Of a DNA stretch of 64,000 nucleotides, positions 1-10,381 are shown piece after piece. Location of the stretch: IMG/VR virus record IMGVR_UViG_3300009703_004110, positions 186,001 through 250,000 of that record; one strand, 5' to 3'. A program made the translations under genes and the position numbers. Position 1 is the first letter of the stretch; each line of letters opens with the position of its first letter. The notes below the pieces were generated by a model. The model saw only the letters and a list, made by a program, of their open reading frames with translations, did not search any database and had not been told where the DNA came from.

Positions 1-2
1 AC

Positions 3-125
3 ACTAATCCCTCGTTCCTTAACTAAATAAGTTGCGATTTCTTTTGAATTTTTTAAATTAGCGTGACAAATATTCACAAGTTTTCCTAGTTCTATAGATT
101 TTTCTTCAGCTGTAACATTTGACAT
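3..125 (-). CDS. N-terminal part of a probable DnaG-type primase core (runs off left edge; not in ORF track)
   Basis: ATG at 125 gives MSNVTAEEKSIELGKLVNICHANLKNSKEIATYLVKERGIS..., open to the edge; resembles the 'h.nL..s.eA..YL..RGi' segment that follows the Zn finger in DnaG. Confidence 0.45.
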   Translation of the reverse strand, partial: MSNVTAEEKSIELGKLVNICHANLKNSKEIATYLVKERGIS

Positions 126-130
126 TTTAT

Positions 131-463
131 TTAATCCTGTGTAATTTTGATAGATTCGATCATAAACTTAGATATATTGAACTCGCAACCACCTTGGTCG
201 CAATTTTGCCCAACCACTTCACCAGAATCATTCACCACGGCTTCGACTTTTTTATTACATGTTTGACAATCAAACTGAAAAGCCTTTCGCTTATCTTTTC
301 TTACAATATCTCCACGTTGTTTCATCGACTTTTTAGAGTATGAAGAGATGTGCGATAACACCTCTTCGCAGTCTTCACAAACTACCTCATCGAGATCTAA
401 ATCAACGGAGCCAATTGTTGTACCATCTCGCTTAGTACACCCAACATTACATCTGACTAACAT
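131..463 (-). CDS. Cys-rich hypothetical protein (possible Zn-binding)
   Basis: 110 aa ORF, AGGAG SD, several CxxC pairs (CEDC, CQTC). Confidence 0.7.
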   Translation of the reverse strand: MLVRCNVGCTKRDGTTIGSVDLDLDEVVCEDCEEVLSHISSYSKKSMKQRGDIVRKDKRKAFQFDCQTCNKKVEAVVNDSGEVVGQNCDQGGCEFNISKFMIESIKITQD

Positions 464-488
464 CTAATATACTCCTATGATTAATAGA

Positions 489-1661
489 TCATTCAAACGG
501 ATCAGCCGGGATTTCAATCTCTGGATCTTCTTCCGTATATTCCGCTTGGATATTTTCACCAAGATAATAAGACCTGATCTCCTGGTCGAACCTATCCAAA
601 TTATCTCGGATGGCCTCCAGCACCGTGGCCCTACTTGAATATTTTACGCCGTCGATCAAATAAGTTCTTGCACTTGGTCTTTCCCAGTACCCAATAGCGT
701 TACCAACATCAAGAAGTTCTTCTTCTTTACGGACAATACCTTCGAGATATTTAATGGTATATTCGCATTGTGCATACGAAGTAGAGACCTTATTCTTCAG
801 GACTTTAGCTCTAACTCTATGTCCAATCCTGACGTCATTAGAGTCTTTAATGATATTATCTGCGCCGCCCATAGGTGCGAAATTTATCATAAGGCTGCAA
901 GCGTGCTTAAGAGCACGGCCGCCAGGAGAATCCTCAGGGTTTCCAAACATTTGACCGGGGTTGACACGTAACTGGTTAATCAGAATAACCGCTGTATTTG
1001 ATTGCGCCGCCCCAGGGGTGATTTTTCGTAGCTCTACGGAAAGGAATCTCGCCATTAAAGCCATGTTCTGCTTACCAACATCAGAAGTTCTTTCCATTGG
1101 TGGTTGCATTGCCGCTATAGAATCCAAGATAACAAGTCCGCATCGTCCAAGATTTAGACGATTCATCTTAGTCCCATCTGGATGTGGGTAATCCATAACA
1201 ATACCATCTTTAATCATATCAAAGATGCCCTTGATTTTAGTTTCTTTCTTAGTCTGCTTATTTACCTTCGTCTTTCCAACTAATCCGCCGAATAGCTTTT
1301 CGGCTTGATTGCTTTTTACTAAGAAGATTCTATCATTATCAATTCCAAATTTCTCAGCCCATGATGCAGAGTAAGTATATTCTGCATCTAGGAAAACAAA
1401 ACAATTTTCCGGATGTAAAGACTGCCAATAAGCCGCACTCTGTAAAGCTGTAAAGGTCTTTCCGGATGCTTCCTTTCCAGCATATTGTGTTACTCGTCCC
1501 CTTACCGGTCCGCCGCCAGTCGCGAAATCTAAGCCGGGGCTACCTGTACTGATAGTTTCAATATTATTGCTGATTGCCTTTGGGTGCACAATTGCGTCGT
1601 TACCGAATAGACTTTCGGCCTGCTTAAAAGCCTCACTTGGTGATAGTAGTTCTTTTGCCAT
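489..1661 (-). CDS. recA: RecA recombinase (390 aa; start re-called at MAKELL)
   Basis: Walker A GKEASGKT, DAEY, LVILDSIAAM, INQLR, FGNPE..PGGRALKH, KNKV; AAGGAG SD before ATG at 1661. Confidence 0.95.
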   Translation of the reverse strand: MAKELLSPSEAFKQAESLFGNDAIVHPKAISNNIETISTGSPGLDFATGGGPVRGRVTQYAGKEASGKTFTALQSAAYWQSLHPENCFVFLDAEYTYSASWAEKFGIDNDRIFLVKSNQAEKLFGGLVGKTKVNKQTKKETKIKGIFDMIKDGIVMDYPHPDGTKMNRLNLGRCGLVILDSIAAMQPPMERTSDVGKQNMALMARFLSVELRKITPGAAQSNTAVILINQLRVNPGQMFGNPEDSPGGRALKHACSLMINFAPMGGADNIIKDSNDVRIGHRVRAKVLKNKVSTSYAQCEYTIKYLEGIVRKEEELLDVGNAIGYWERPSARTYLIDGVKYSSRATVLEAIRDNLDRFDQEIRSYYLGENIQAEYTEEDPEIEIPADPFE

Positions 1662-1674
1662 CTTGATATACTCC

Positions 1675-3345
1675 TTAATATTTGTGATTGTAGCCTGTAT
1701 CAGAAGGCAGACGATATCCGGCTGGTGGGCTCCATCCAACAGGATCTTCTGGTCTTTCTGCTACTGCGGCTTCTGTTCTAATTAACAAATTGGCTATACT
1801 TGTTGCATTAATAAGGGCTGTTTTAGTAACTTTCTTAGGGTCTATTACACCCATTTCAACTAAGTCACCGTACAGGCCCTCTGCTACATTATACCCGAAA
1901 TTTGGGTTAGCATCAGGGAGTATTTTGTTCAAAACTTCTTCTACATCTTCATCCGCATTCTTCAATATTTGAGCAATAGGTCTAACGCATGCGCCTAATA
2001 AAACTTCCGCAGCAGGTCTAAGATCCTCATCAAGTTCTGGTAGCTTCTTAATACGAACCCAATGAGCTGCACGAAGTAATGCACTACCTCCGCCAGCAAC
2101 ATATCCAGACTCAATGGCGCACTCTACGGCAAACATTGCATCATCGATTCTATCACCAGTTTGCCTAAGCTCTGCCTCAGTGGAGTATCCTACATATAAA
2201 ATTGTTCCGCATCCTTTGAGGTTGGCGATCCTACTGTCTATATCAATCTTGTCTCTATCGTTAATTAACTTTCTTTTGTCCTCTTGATATTCTTCCAGTC
2301 GTTCATTAATTTGCTCTTGGCTTCCCTGCGGTTCCAAAATCTTTGTTAGATTTCTATCAACGATTACCTGCTTTGCTGCGCCAAGATCATCAAGTTTGAT
2401 TTTGCTTAACGGAAGCCCACGTTCTTCGCTAACAACGACTGTTCCCACCTGCATGGCGATGTCCTCTATCCATCTGTCTTGATTGATATTCAATTTTCCA
2501 AAGCCATCATTAGGCAGTTTAATCGCGCACACACGTATGCGTCCCTGTATATGATTTTGAAGAAACACTTGAAGGGCCTCTTTCTTTAAGTCTTTACAGA
2601 TAATAAGCAAAGGAACATTTGCCTGGCTTAGCTCATCGAACAAAGCTTTGTTATCCTCAATGTGAGTAATTTCTCTGTCGCAAATTAAAATGCGGCAGTT
2701 ATTAAGCTCGGCCTTAGCCCTCCCTTTCTCCAAAAATCCGCGACTAATATATCCACTCTTTATCTCAAGACCGTTAACTTGTACTACATGACTTTCTATA
2801 CCGGGACGTGCCTGGGCTAAAACCATTCCATCTTCGCCTGCAATAGTATATGCCTGGGCAATTAACTCACCTAATTTCTCATCATTATTTGCAGATATGG
2901 TGGCAACGTGTTTTAAGGCATCAAAGTCCTCAACCGGAGAAGCTGCCGCATCTAAATATCCTAAGATATATGCCTCGGCCCAATCTATGCCTTTTTTGAA
3001 TTTCAATGGTGAATATCCTTTGTCCATCAGGGCGATGCCGTTTCTCAGTATTTCATGAGCTAATACAGTAGCAGTCGTCGTTCCATCACCAGCAATAGCG
3101 GCAGTTCTTCCGGCCACTTCCTTTACTAATTGGCATCCTAATTCCTCTATTGGGTCCTCTAATACAACCTCACGAGCCACACTTACACCGTCCTTAGTAA
3201 TGGTTGGTGCGCCAATATGCTTTTGCAAAATAACGTTCTTACCGTTTGGGCCCATGGTTACGCCAACGACCTTAGACAGTTTGGATACGCCACTTAACAA
3301 TCTCTCTCTTACTTCATTTCCGTGAACAAGTAGTTTGCCACCCAT
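1675..3345 (-). CDS. groEL: Group I chaperonin GroEL-like, paralog 1
   Basis: [38 protein letters not shown]; 556 aa, no GGM tail. Confidence 0.95.
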   Translation of the reverse strand: MGGKLLVHGNEVRERLLSGVSKLSKVVGVTMGPNGKNVILQKHIGAPTITKDGVSVAREVVLEDPIEELGCQLVKEVAGRTAAIAGDGTTTATVLAHEILRNGIALMDKGYSPLKFKKGIDWAEAYILGYLDAAASPVEDFDALKHVATISANNDEKLGELIAQAYTIAGEDGMVLAQARPGIESHVVQVNGLEIKSGYISRGFLEKGRAKAELNNCRILICDREITHIEDNKALFDELSQANVPLLIICKDLKKEALQVFLQNHIQGRIRVCAIKLPNDGFGKLNINQDRWIEDIAMQVGTVVVSEERGLPLSKIKLDDLGAAKQVIVDRNLTKILEPQGSQEQINERLEEYQEDKRKLINDRDKIDIDSRIANLKGCGTILYVGYSTEAELRQTGDRIDDAMFAVECAIESGYVAGGGSALLRAAHWVRIKKLPELDEDLRPAAEVLLGACVRPIAQILKNADEDVEEVLNKILPDANPNFGYNVAEGLYGDLVEMGVIDPKKVTKTALINATSIANLLIRTEAAVAERPEDPVGWSPPAGYRLPSDTGYNHKY

Positions 3346-3352
3346 CAGTACC

Positions 3353-3673
3353 TCACAATTCTATAATCTGTTCTAAATTAAAAATCAATTCTTCTTTCTC
3401 ATCTTCAGAAAGGTAATTGAATAAATCCTCTGTTTTTACAAAGATAGACTTTCCTTTTAGGCTATTAAATCTGTCTTTATTATGATCATAATCTACCCAA
3501 TCTCCTGGAAATATAACCCAGAAGTCACTACCACCTGTTTTTGATATCCTTGTGCCTTCACAAAAAATTACTTCTATAGTTTTAGGGCCAGATGGAACAG
3601 GGGATCTGTGACCTCTAGATGTAGTGTGCCAGTTGACATCTTGCTCGATATTAACTTCCATCAAATATCCCAT
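3353..3673 (-). CDS. hypothetical protein with shared C-terminal Lx7[LM][ILV][FY]x[LM][DEN] motif
   Basis: 106 aa, tightly packed between neighbours. Confidence 0.65.
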   Translation of the reverse strand: MGYLMEVNIEQDVNWHTTSRGHRSPVPSGPKTIEVIFCEGTRISKTGGSDFWVIFPGDWVDYDHNKDRFNSLKGKSIFVKTEDLFNYLSEDEKEELIFNLEQIIEL

Positions 3674-4221
3674 TTGGATATGGCCTTGCTTTCTTTCAAT
3701 ATGTGAGTAAGACCTACGGAAATGGCGTCCGCAACATCTCCGCTCTCCTCTCTAATCTTTTTATTTCTATTAAGCTCTGGCCTAAAATTTTTGCAGTATT
3801 TATTAATTACAGGAAAGATATCATCTTTAGACATTATTTTAAATCCAAAATGCTTACTGAGTGCTGCTCGAATAGATATTACCGGATAACTAAAGGTATC
3901 TTTTCCTAGCTTTTGATAAGCCGCAAGGGAGCATACCTCATTAAATGTGCTTAGTACAATAATTGTATTGGCACTGGAACGTCCCTTGGTAAATCTCTTG
4001 GCATAAGCCTCTACTACGACATCTGTAACTTCATACATTTCAATCAAATTTTGAATTTCATCATAAGCATAACTCAATCTAAGTGACATACTTCCTTTTG
4101 CTTTTTTAGGCGGCTTTAGATATCCCATATAAGGTAATGTTAATACTTGATTGTCATCAATATTTAAGATGGCCCAACCAATAGTTGATGATGAAATATC
4201 TAAAGCAAGTAATCTTTCCAT
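3661..4221 (-). CDS. RuvC-like Holliday junction resolvase
   Basis: LLALDISSSTIGW (first acidic residue), VVVEAY, DVADAISVG RNase H-fold pattern; start re-called at MERLL. Confidence 0.8.
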   Translation of the reverse strand: MERLLALDISSSTIGWAILNIDDNQVLTLPYMGYLKPPKKAKGSMSLRLSYAYDEIQNLIEMYEVTDVVVEAYAKRFTKGRSSANTIIVLSTFNEVCSLAAYQKLGKDTFSYPVISIRAALSKHFGFKIMSKDDIFPVINKYCKNFRPELNRNKKIREESGDVADAISVGLTHILKESKAISKWDI

Positions 4222-4237
4222 AGTGGTAAGATAATAC

Positions 4238-4279
4238 GAAATCAGCCCAGTGAACACTAAGGTTCACTGGGCTGATTTC
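4238..4279 (-). terminator. perfect 18-bp stem, 6-nt loop hairpin downstream of ssb
   Basis: gaaatcagcccagtgaac-actaag-gttcactgggctgatttc; U-tract is weak, so it could instead be a processing/stability hairpin. Confidence 0.6.
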
Positions 4280-4305
4280 ATGTGGCCACTATGACCTTAT
4301 TTGGC

Positions 4306-4929
4306 TTACTCGAATTTAAACGGGAACTCTTCCTCTTCGGAAGAACCAGAGTCAGTATCGGCAGTAACAGTGCTACCACTGCTCCAGCCCATAAGGTCTA
4401 GAACATACTGAGGGTCGGAAGGCTGGATCAATCTGTCAAGGTTAAGTCCGTCATTGAACGCCAAGAAGGCTTCCTTCATAGACTCATCGATTCCGCTCTT
4501 AGGACGAGGGTTGACAGAGTATAGCGGCTGAGAACCTGGCTTGCCACGAGTGATTACCAGGTCATAAGAAGTAACCTTACCCCAATCAGGGTCGTTTACC
4601 AACTCACGAATACCGTTATAAATCTGCGGGCCAATCTCAAGAAGCTTGAACTGGCTGTCGCTACGGTCGAGAACCTTTACGATCCAACGAGCCTTACGCT
4701 TGAAACCAGCGTCATCTAGTCTCTGTAGTAGTTCGGGAGCGGCGATAGGACTGTTAATCTTCCTTTTGCCTTCGGTTCCTTCTACCCAATTGATGTAGAA
4801 TTGCAACGGGTTACCCATTACGCGAACGACGTTACGTCCGCCTTCGAGGCGCATGAACTGAGTTCTGCCACCACTAGAGTCACCTGCTTTTGAATTCCAA
4901 TCTACTTCTCCAAATACGATTTTAGACAT
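4306..4929 (-). CDS. phage single-stranded DNA-binding protein (gp32-like OB fold)
   Basis: VRVMGNP..., FKLLEIGPQIY, YDLVITR, YSV pattern and acidic/aromatic tail SSEEEEFPFKFE. Confidence 0.75.
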   Translation of the reverse strand: MSKIVFGEVDWNSKAGDSSGGRTQFMRLEGGRNVVRVMGNPLQFYINWVEGTEGKRKINSPIAAPELLQRLDDAGFKRKARWIVKVLDRSDSQFKLLEIGPQIYNGIRELVNDPDWGKVTSYDLVITRGKPGSQPLYSVNPRPKSGIDESMKEAFLAFNDGLNLDRLIQPSDPQYVLDLMGWSSGSTVTADTDSGSSEEEEFPFKFE

Positions 4930-5007
4930 ATTTACTTTTCTCCTGTTATCCTATAAGTGTCTTAGTCGACGTTAGGATTTTGTTGTTGTTTGTGTTGTCT
5001 TAGTTTA

Positions 5008-5604
5008 TCAAAGATCCTGAGCCATTTTGGCATCAGAAAGCTCGGACTCCCATTCATATTCTCCACCAAAATCAACATCGCTTGGAACGGTGCTAGGTCG
5101 GTTTCGAGATACTGGGCGAGAAGAACCCATGTTAACATTGTACCCAATGTTACTAAGTTTTTCAATCTCATAATCCCTTCTCAGGAAGGTTTTAAATGAG
5201 TAATGCCAAGATGAAAAATAGCTAGCTTTATTTTCAAACCAGCGCTTGCAAGCTTTCGCTATAGTTAGCTGATTGCATGCGTCAATATAATCATCATCGG
5301 CCTGGGCATACCACTCTTTTGTTTTAATTGTTTTATGTCCAGCATCTTTTGCTTTATCCAAAGCCGCGTTTGACCACGCCTTATTTTTAGCAGACTCCAA
5401 AGAGCCAATCCAGATGTCAATCAGGACAATTTTGTCTTGACAAAAGTTCTGTGCGTTCAAAGCATGTACCAAGCCTTGTTCGGCAAGATTCAGGTCAATG
5501 GCCCCATTAATTGGCAGCCATGCTATAACTTTATCAATTTCAGATGTATCGATATTATCAATTGCAAAATCTGAAACATCTATTTTATCATGAAAAGTTG
5601 ACAT
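5008..5604 (-). CDS. hypothetical protein, possibly UvsY-like recombination mediator
   Basis: helical protein with KTKEWYAQADDDYIDACNQLTIAK...F..K pattern, next to ssb and near recA; remote resemblance only. Confidence 0.4.
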   Translation of the reverse strand: MSTFHDKIDVSDFAIDNIDTSEIDKVIAWLPINGAIDLNLAEQGLVHALNAQNFCQDKIVLIDIWIGSLESAKNKAWSNAALDKAKDAGHKTIKTKEWYAQADDDYIDACNQLTIAKACKRWFENKASYFSSWHYSFKTFLRRDYEIEKLSNIGYNVNMGSSRPVSRNRPSTVPSDVDFGGEYEWESELSDAKMAQDL

Positions 5605-5903
5605 TATAATTCCTTCAGCTTCTTTTCTATACTGGCAACTCTTGCCTCTAGAAGTTTCATGCTTATTATACCGTCCGTTAAACGTCTGAGCTTCTGATTA
5701 AGCTGCACATTTAGCAGAAAGAATATCAAGATCATAGAGGTTGGCTTTGAAACAGGAGGGCGAACAAGTAGGATGTGTCCTTCCTTATTTGTTTCAAACA
5801 TACCCATTAATGAATTCTTGCCGAAGTTCTCTTCTATTTGAAGATAGTATTCCCATTCAGAATTACTTAGTTCTACTTTTCTATTGGCAATAATCTTAAT
5901 CAT
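5604..5903 (-). CDS. hypothetical protein
   Basis: 99 aa, start/stop overlap with neighbours. Confidence 0.65.
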   Translation of the reverse strand: MIKIIANRKVELSNSEWEYYLQIEENFGKNSLMGMFETNKEGHILLVRPPVSKPTSMILIFFLLNVQLNQKLRRLTDGIISMKLLEARVASIEKKLKEL

Positions 5904-6409
5904 TAACCTGCTCGGACAACCCGAGTTCCTGTTTTTCTTTTATTCAGACGTTTGGCTTGAGCTTTCAACCTCTCAACCCTGTCTTCCTCATCATCATCTT
6001 CTTCTTCGCTATAAGTTACGCTGTCATCGGGCAGCTGCTCCTTATACTCGGCAGCCACCTCGCGCCTCACTTGATCTGCAAGGTCAGAAGGCTCCTCGTC
6101 CTGTATAGATAATACGTCCGTCCCCAAAGCAGGACTTGCAGAATTACTAAGTTTCTTTAGTTCTTCATCCAAAACGGTTCGCCCATATCCAGAAAGAATT
6201 TCGTTATAGATAAATAATGCCAAATCAAAAGTTTCTGTCTGTTCAAAAGATTCCGCAAAAGATTGCGACATAATTCGATTTTGAAGCATAGACAAATGAT
6301 TCATGTCATGATTAGAAAATAGAGGTGACCCGCATGATGGGCACATATTCTTCATCAAGCAGAATCGCATGTTAGATGGAACAACAAAGCTACAATTTTT
6401 ACATTTCAT
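5903..6409 (-). CDS. hypothetical protein with N-terminal Zn ribbon
   Basis: CKNC...CPSCG, acidic C-terminal region. Confidence 0.7.
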   Translation of the reverse strand: MKCKNCSFVVPSNMRFCLMKNMCPSCGSPLFSNHDMNHLSMLQNRIMSQSFAESFEQTETFDLALFIYNEILSGYGRTVLDEELKKLSNSASPALGTDVLSIQDEEPSDLADQVRREVAAEYKEQLPDDSVTYSEEEDDDEEDRVERLKAQAKRLNKRKTGTRVVRAG

Positions 6410-6969
6410 GATTTATTCTCCTTTGCTATGTATATTTGATACCATAACGCTAACGTGAAGATTGCGTCTTTGTCAGTATCTATGCTCTGCTCTTGTCTCC
6501 AAGCAACGCATCTATCCAGCCCCTTTGTTGGCTTTACAAATACGCCAGCCTTTAATGCAGCAATAGCATATTCTTTCAAAATATGGTCTGGTATCTCACT
6601 TGGTAGTGGGCCGCCGGGCGGAGAAAAGACCAAAATCTCCCTCTTAGATTCAACAGGCGGAAGGCTTAACAGTTTTTCTCTTAAAAAGTCAACCTGCTTA
6701 ATACCCATCCTAAGATAAGTTCTAATCATTGCTTCAGATCCTTCTCTCATAGGCACGATAACAAAAATACCATAACCATCTGGCGATGATTTGTATATAT
6801 CATCACGTCCACCAGAACGTTCTTTTTTAAACCGACCAGTTAATACCCTGACTAGATCATGTTCAACTTCAGTACCCTTTTCGCACGCATACGTCAACTC
6901 TGTATACGTAGCAGAAGGATGGTGTTGCCTGTATCTGTCCAATGCATGTCTAGAACAGCGGAAGATCAT
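6406..6969 (-). CDS. hypothetical protein
   Basis: 187 aa, overlapping stop/start with the next gene. Confidence 0.65.
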   Translation of the reverse strand: MIFRCSRHALDRYRQHHPSATYTELTYACEKGTEVEHDLVRVLTGRFKKERSGGRDDIYKSSPDGYGIFVIVPMREGSEAMIRTYLRMGIKQVDFLREKLLSLPPVESKREILVFSPPGGPLPSEIPDHILKEYAIAALKAGVFVKPTKGLDRCVAWRQEQSIDTDKDAIFTLALWYQIYIAKENKS

Positions 6970-6973
6970 TTTA

Positions 6974-9900
6974 TTACACTCCTTTACCGAAAGCTCTTTC
7001 TAAGACAGAAAGTGATAAGGCATTTTCACCAGTATATCTATCTTCATTAACAGCGCAAATAGCCTTTATAGGCGTGCCGTCTGTCAAAACCTGCTTTAAC
7101 TTGGAATAATCACCTGCCCATACAATCATAGTGGTTGTAGAGCCACCAGCATCTTCAAGAAGATATTTAGCAAATTTTTGTCCAGCATTTCTACCGTTCT
7201 TAATCTTAAACTCTTTTATCTTAGACTTTACAATAGCCTCAATTCTAATTTTAGACTTCGGCCTTATCGTCGGTATTTTACCAAAAGCAGTTACCATTGA
7301 TCCGCCTCTAAAGAATCCTGCAAATACCTCGTGAAGAGAGCCACTAATTGTTCTTCCAAGAACCTCTTGTTCTGCTACTAATATATCTTTCCTGCTCCAT
7401 TCTTCAGTCTCCTCTGCTGGAGTGTAAAGAATTGGGCAATCAGACATATAGAGCTTTAGATTCTTTTGGATTTCCGCTACTCCCATAGCATCAAGATGCT
7501 CCTTGTCTGGAATTAACAAATTCTTATTAACTAGTTCGCTTGTATAATTTTTTATCCAAGCTTTCTTCTTTTTGTTTAAATGAGTATTTACCTTGGTCCT
7601 AAATTTAGAAAACTGATCGAACATTGTCTTCCTGGGAATGTTGTATGGATCAAACGCCCCTGCTTTGGCCAAAGCTTGTACTACTCTCTTGTTTACAAGA
7701 CGACCTGAGGTTTTTGCGAAAAACCATTCCAAAGATTCGTAAGGACCATTCCCAAGTATATCGTGGATAGCTGTCACTCCAACGCCTTTAACGGCAGATA
7801 ACCCTGTTAAGATTTTACCGCCATCGACAATAGTATAGTCTCCATCTGAACTGATATATGGCGGAAGAATTTCAATATCCATATTGGCACATTCACTCAG
7901 ATACTCTTGAGCCTTCTCTGCATTTGGATCTTCTGAGTTAATTAATGCGCACATGAACTGTATCGGATAATGACATCTTAACCATGCCGTATAAAATGAT
8001 ATATGAGAGTAGGAAATTGAATGCGACTTATTAAAGGCATACTTGCCGAGCGGTTCAATAAACGTTCTCCATATATCCATAGCTGTTTCATAACTCATTT
8101 TGGAGTGACTCATACAGTCTTTTAGGAACGACGCCTCTGTTCTCAACACAAGCTCAGGATCTTTACCCTTAAGCTTACTGATCTTTCTTAGGGCATCTGC
8201 CTGATTAAGATCCCAACCGGCACAATCTTGCGCCAAGAACATAGCTTGCTCCTCATAAACCAAAACTCCAAAGGTTCTTTCAAGCGCGCGTCTTGTACTA
8301 TCGTGAAGATATTCTGGTGATTTAATACGAAGCCTTCGTTCGATATACTTCTTCCTTTCTTGCGGATGGCATGACGGCCTTCCGATTGCATTAATAATTG
8401 ATATATCTTCGATATTTCTTGGCTTTAGCTTAATACATAAAGGAGTCAGAGAGGATTCTAGTTGGAATACACCAGCCGTTCCGCCCTTTCCGATCATATC
8501 GTATACTGCCTTATCCTTAAGATCCATATCTTTAATTGTTAACTTCTCACCAGTAGTTTTTTCAATTAGCTTGAAGGTATTATCTATAACAGTTAATGTC
8601 TTAAGACCCAATAAGTCCATTTTAATTAAGCCATTATCTTCACACCTAGTCTTCTCCCATTGAGTAACTACCAGAGCCTCTCCAGTATCCTTCTTTTGTT
8701 CAATTCTAAGAGGAACAATTTTGCTAAGAGGCTCTTCTCCGATAACTACGCCTGCAGCGTGTACAGACCAATTTCTAGTTAGGTTCTGTAACTTTTCTGC
8801 ATATAAATTAAGCTCTGGATTGTCTTGCATATAAGCATCAAAATACTTATTCTTCTCTCGCTCTTTTTGGATAGTCTTTTCATCACCCATAGTATCGGTA
8901 ATAGCATTTGCAATCTTAAATGCAGTTGTCTTATCTCCACCTAGTCTTAAGCTTCTGGCGACATCTTTAATAATTACCTTTGGAGATAACGTACTCCAGT
9001 TTGAAATTGAGGCGACTCTATCTTCGCCATATCGTTCTTTGATATATTCCTTAACTAAGCCTGGGTTACTAAAATCTGTATCAATATCTGGAAAGCTCTT
9101 CTTTTGGTTATTATGGAATCTTTCAAAAATTAGATCATAAGTAATGGGATCAATATCTGTGATACCAGTCAAATATGCAACCAAACATCCTGCTGCCGAG
9201 CCTCTGGCCGGACCTACAGGCATTCTTTCTTTCGCCCAATTTGTATAGTCTGCCACAATTAGCATGTAAGATGAGAAGTCTTTATCCTCTAGAACACCAA
9301 GCTCTACCGTTACTCTATCCCAGTATTCATCTCTGATTTCATTATCCAAATGTGAAAGCTTTTCTTTAAAGCCCTGAATACACTTGAATCTAAGATAGGC
9401 CTTGTCTTCTTCAACAGAAGCACAATTCTTTTGATGCCATGTCTTAAAGGAAGAGTAATCATCTTGGTCACCAGCATAGTACCTTGGCAGCATAGCTCCC
9501 TTTGGCTTCAAATAACTTGGCTCATCACAGGCATTCATAATGTCTATAGAGTTTTTCATTCCGACAGTGGCAATACGAGATCCGAAAAAGTCTGCAATTT
9601 CATCAGTAGTCTTAAGGTACATGTCCTGCACGCCGTACTTAAATCTATCAGGATCGTCAAACGCCTTCTTATCTTTGATTGCCAGCATTAGATCGTGATA
9701 CTTTGCAGCCTCTTTGTCTCTGTAATGTGCATCACAAGTTATTACATATGGGATACCCATATCTCTAGAGAGCCTAATCATTTCTTGATTTAACCTCATC
9801 TGGTCAACAGGCTTTCCTGTTTTTGAGTTTACTGCATATAATGCGTGAGGCTGTATCTCTAATCTAAATCTATCACCAAATATAGAATGAAATCTTTGTA

Positions 9901-10381
9901 TCTGACAAATAGCTGCAGCCTCATCGCCCTCTGTGATTAGAGTTTTAGCAACCAAACCATTAGAGCAGGCAGTTAGACAGAATAGACCTTGATTATATTT
10001 CTCAATATGTTCCCATCCAATTCGAGGGGTCTTCTTTCCCATATAACCAGAAACTTGATTTTGATAAGCCAGGAAGTTTAGATGTAATAAGTTACGATAT
10101 CCAACTTCATTTTGTGCCAACAGAACAAGGTGATGTGACTTCTTCGCAGAAAAGTCTTCTGTGAAGTATGCTTCCATGCCTGGAATTAATTTAACGCCAG
10201 TTTCTTGGCTGGCCTTCCAAGCGTCATAATGAGCCGTCATAGTTCCGTGATCAGTAACTGCTACGGCAGGGTGATCTACCTCTTTAGCTCTTTCAAATAG
10301 GTCGTGCACATTATTCATGCCGTCGAGAGGAGAGCCAACTTCGGTATGATTATGGAGACTTACAAATTTACCTTTGTTCAT
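6974..10381 (-). CDS. dnaE: DNA polymerase III alpha subunit (family C)
   Basis: PHP domain (HNHT...SPLDG, TDHG, CDAHY), RGSAAG, PDIDTDF, HAAGVVI, KMDLLGL, YAFNKSH, C-terminal OB; no intein. Confidence 0.96.
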   Translation of the reverse strand: MNKGKFVSLHNHTEVGSPLDGMNNVHDLFERAKEVDHPAVAVTDHGTMTAHYDAWKASQETGVKLIPGMEAYFTEDFSAKKSHHLVLLAQNEVGYRNLLHLNFLAYQNQVSGYMGKKTPRIGWEHIEKYNQGLFCLTACSNGLVAKTLITEGDEAAAICQIQRFHSIFGDRFRLEIQPHALYAVNSKTGKPVDQMRLNQEMIRLSRDMGIPYVITCDAHYRDKEAAKYHDLMLAIKDKKAFDDPDRFKYGVQDMYLKTTDEIADFFGSRIATVGMKNSIDIMNACDEPSYLKPKGAMLPRYYAGDQDDYSSFKTWHQKNCASVEEDKAYLRFKCIQGFKEKLSHLDNEIRDEYWDRVTVELGVLEDKDFSSYMLIVADYTNWAKERMPVGPARGSAAGCLVAYLTGITDIDPITYDLIFERFHNNQKKSFPDIDTDFSNPGLVKEYIKERYGEDRVASISNWSTLSPKVIIKDVARSLRLGGDKTTAFKIANAITDTMGDEKTIQKEREKNKYFDAYMQDNPELNLYAEKLQNLTRNWSVHAAGVVIGEEPLSKIVPLRIEQKKDTGEALVVTQWEKTRCEDNGLIKMDLLGLKTLTVIDNTFKLIEKTTGEKLTIKDMDLKDKAVYDMIGKGGTAGVFQLESSLTPLCIKLKPRNIEDISIINAIGRPSCHPQERKKYIERRLRIKSPEYLHDSTRRALERTFGVLVYEEQAMFLAQDCAGWDLNQADALRKISKLKGKDPELVLRTEASFLKDCMSHSKMSYETAMDIWRTFIEPLGKYAFNKSHSISYSHISFYTAWLRCHYPIQFMCALINSEDPNAEKAQEYLSECANMDIEILPPYISSDGDYTIVDGGKILTGLSAVKGVGVTAIHDILGNGPYESLEWFFAKTSGRLVNKRVVQALAKAGAFDPYNIPRKTMFDQFSKFRTKVNTHLNKKKKAWIKNYTSELVNKNLLIPDKEHLDAMGVAEIQKNLKLYMSDCPILYTPAEETEEWSRKDILVAEQEVLGRTISGSLHEVFAGFFRGGSMVTAFGKIPTIRPKSKIRIEAIVKSKIKEFKIKNGRNAGQKFAKYLLEDAGGSTTTMIVWAGDYSKLKQVLTDGTPIKAICAVNEDRYTGENALSLSVLERAFGKGV

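Noticed and set aside
6974-10381. Inteins in DnaE, RecA or SbcC
   Set aside because: Lengths are near normal, conserved motifs are contiguous, and there are no C/S...HN-C/S/T junctions or LAGLIDADG blocks.
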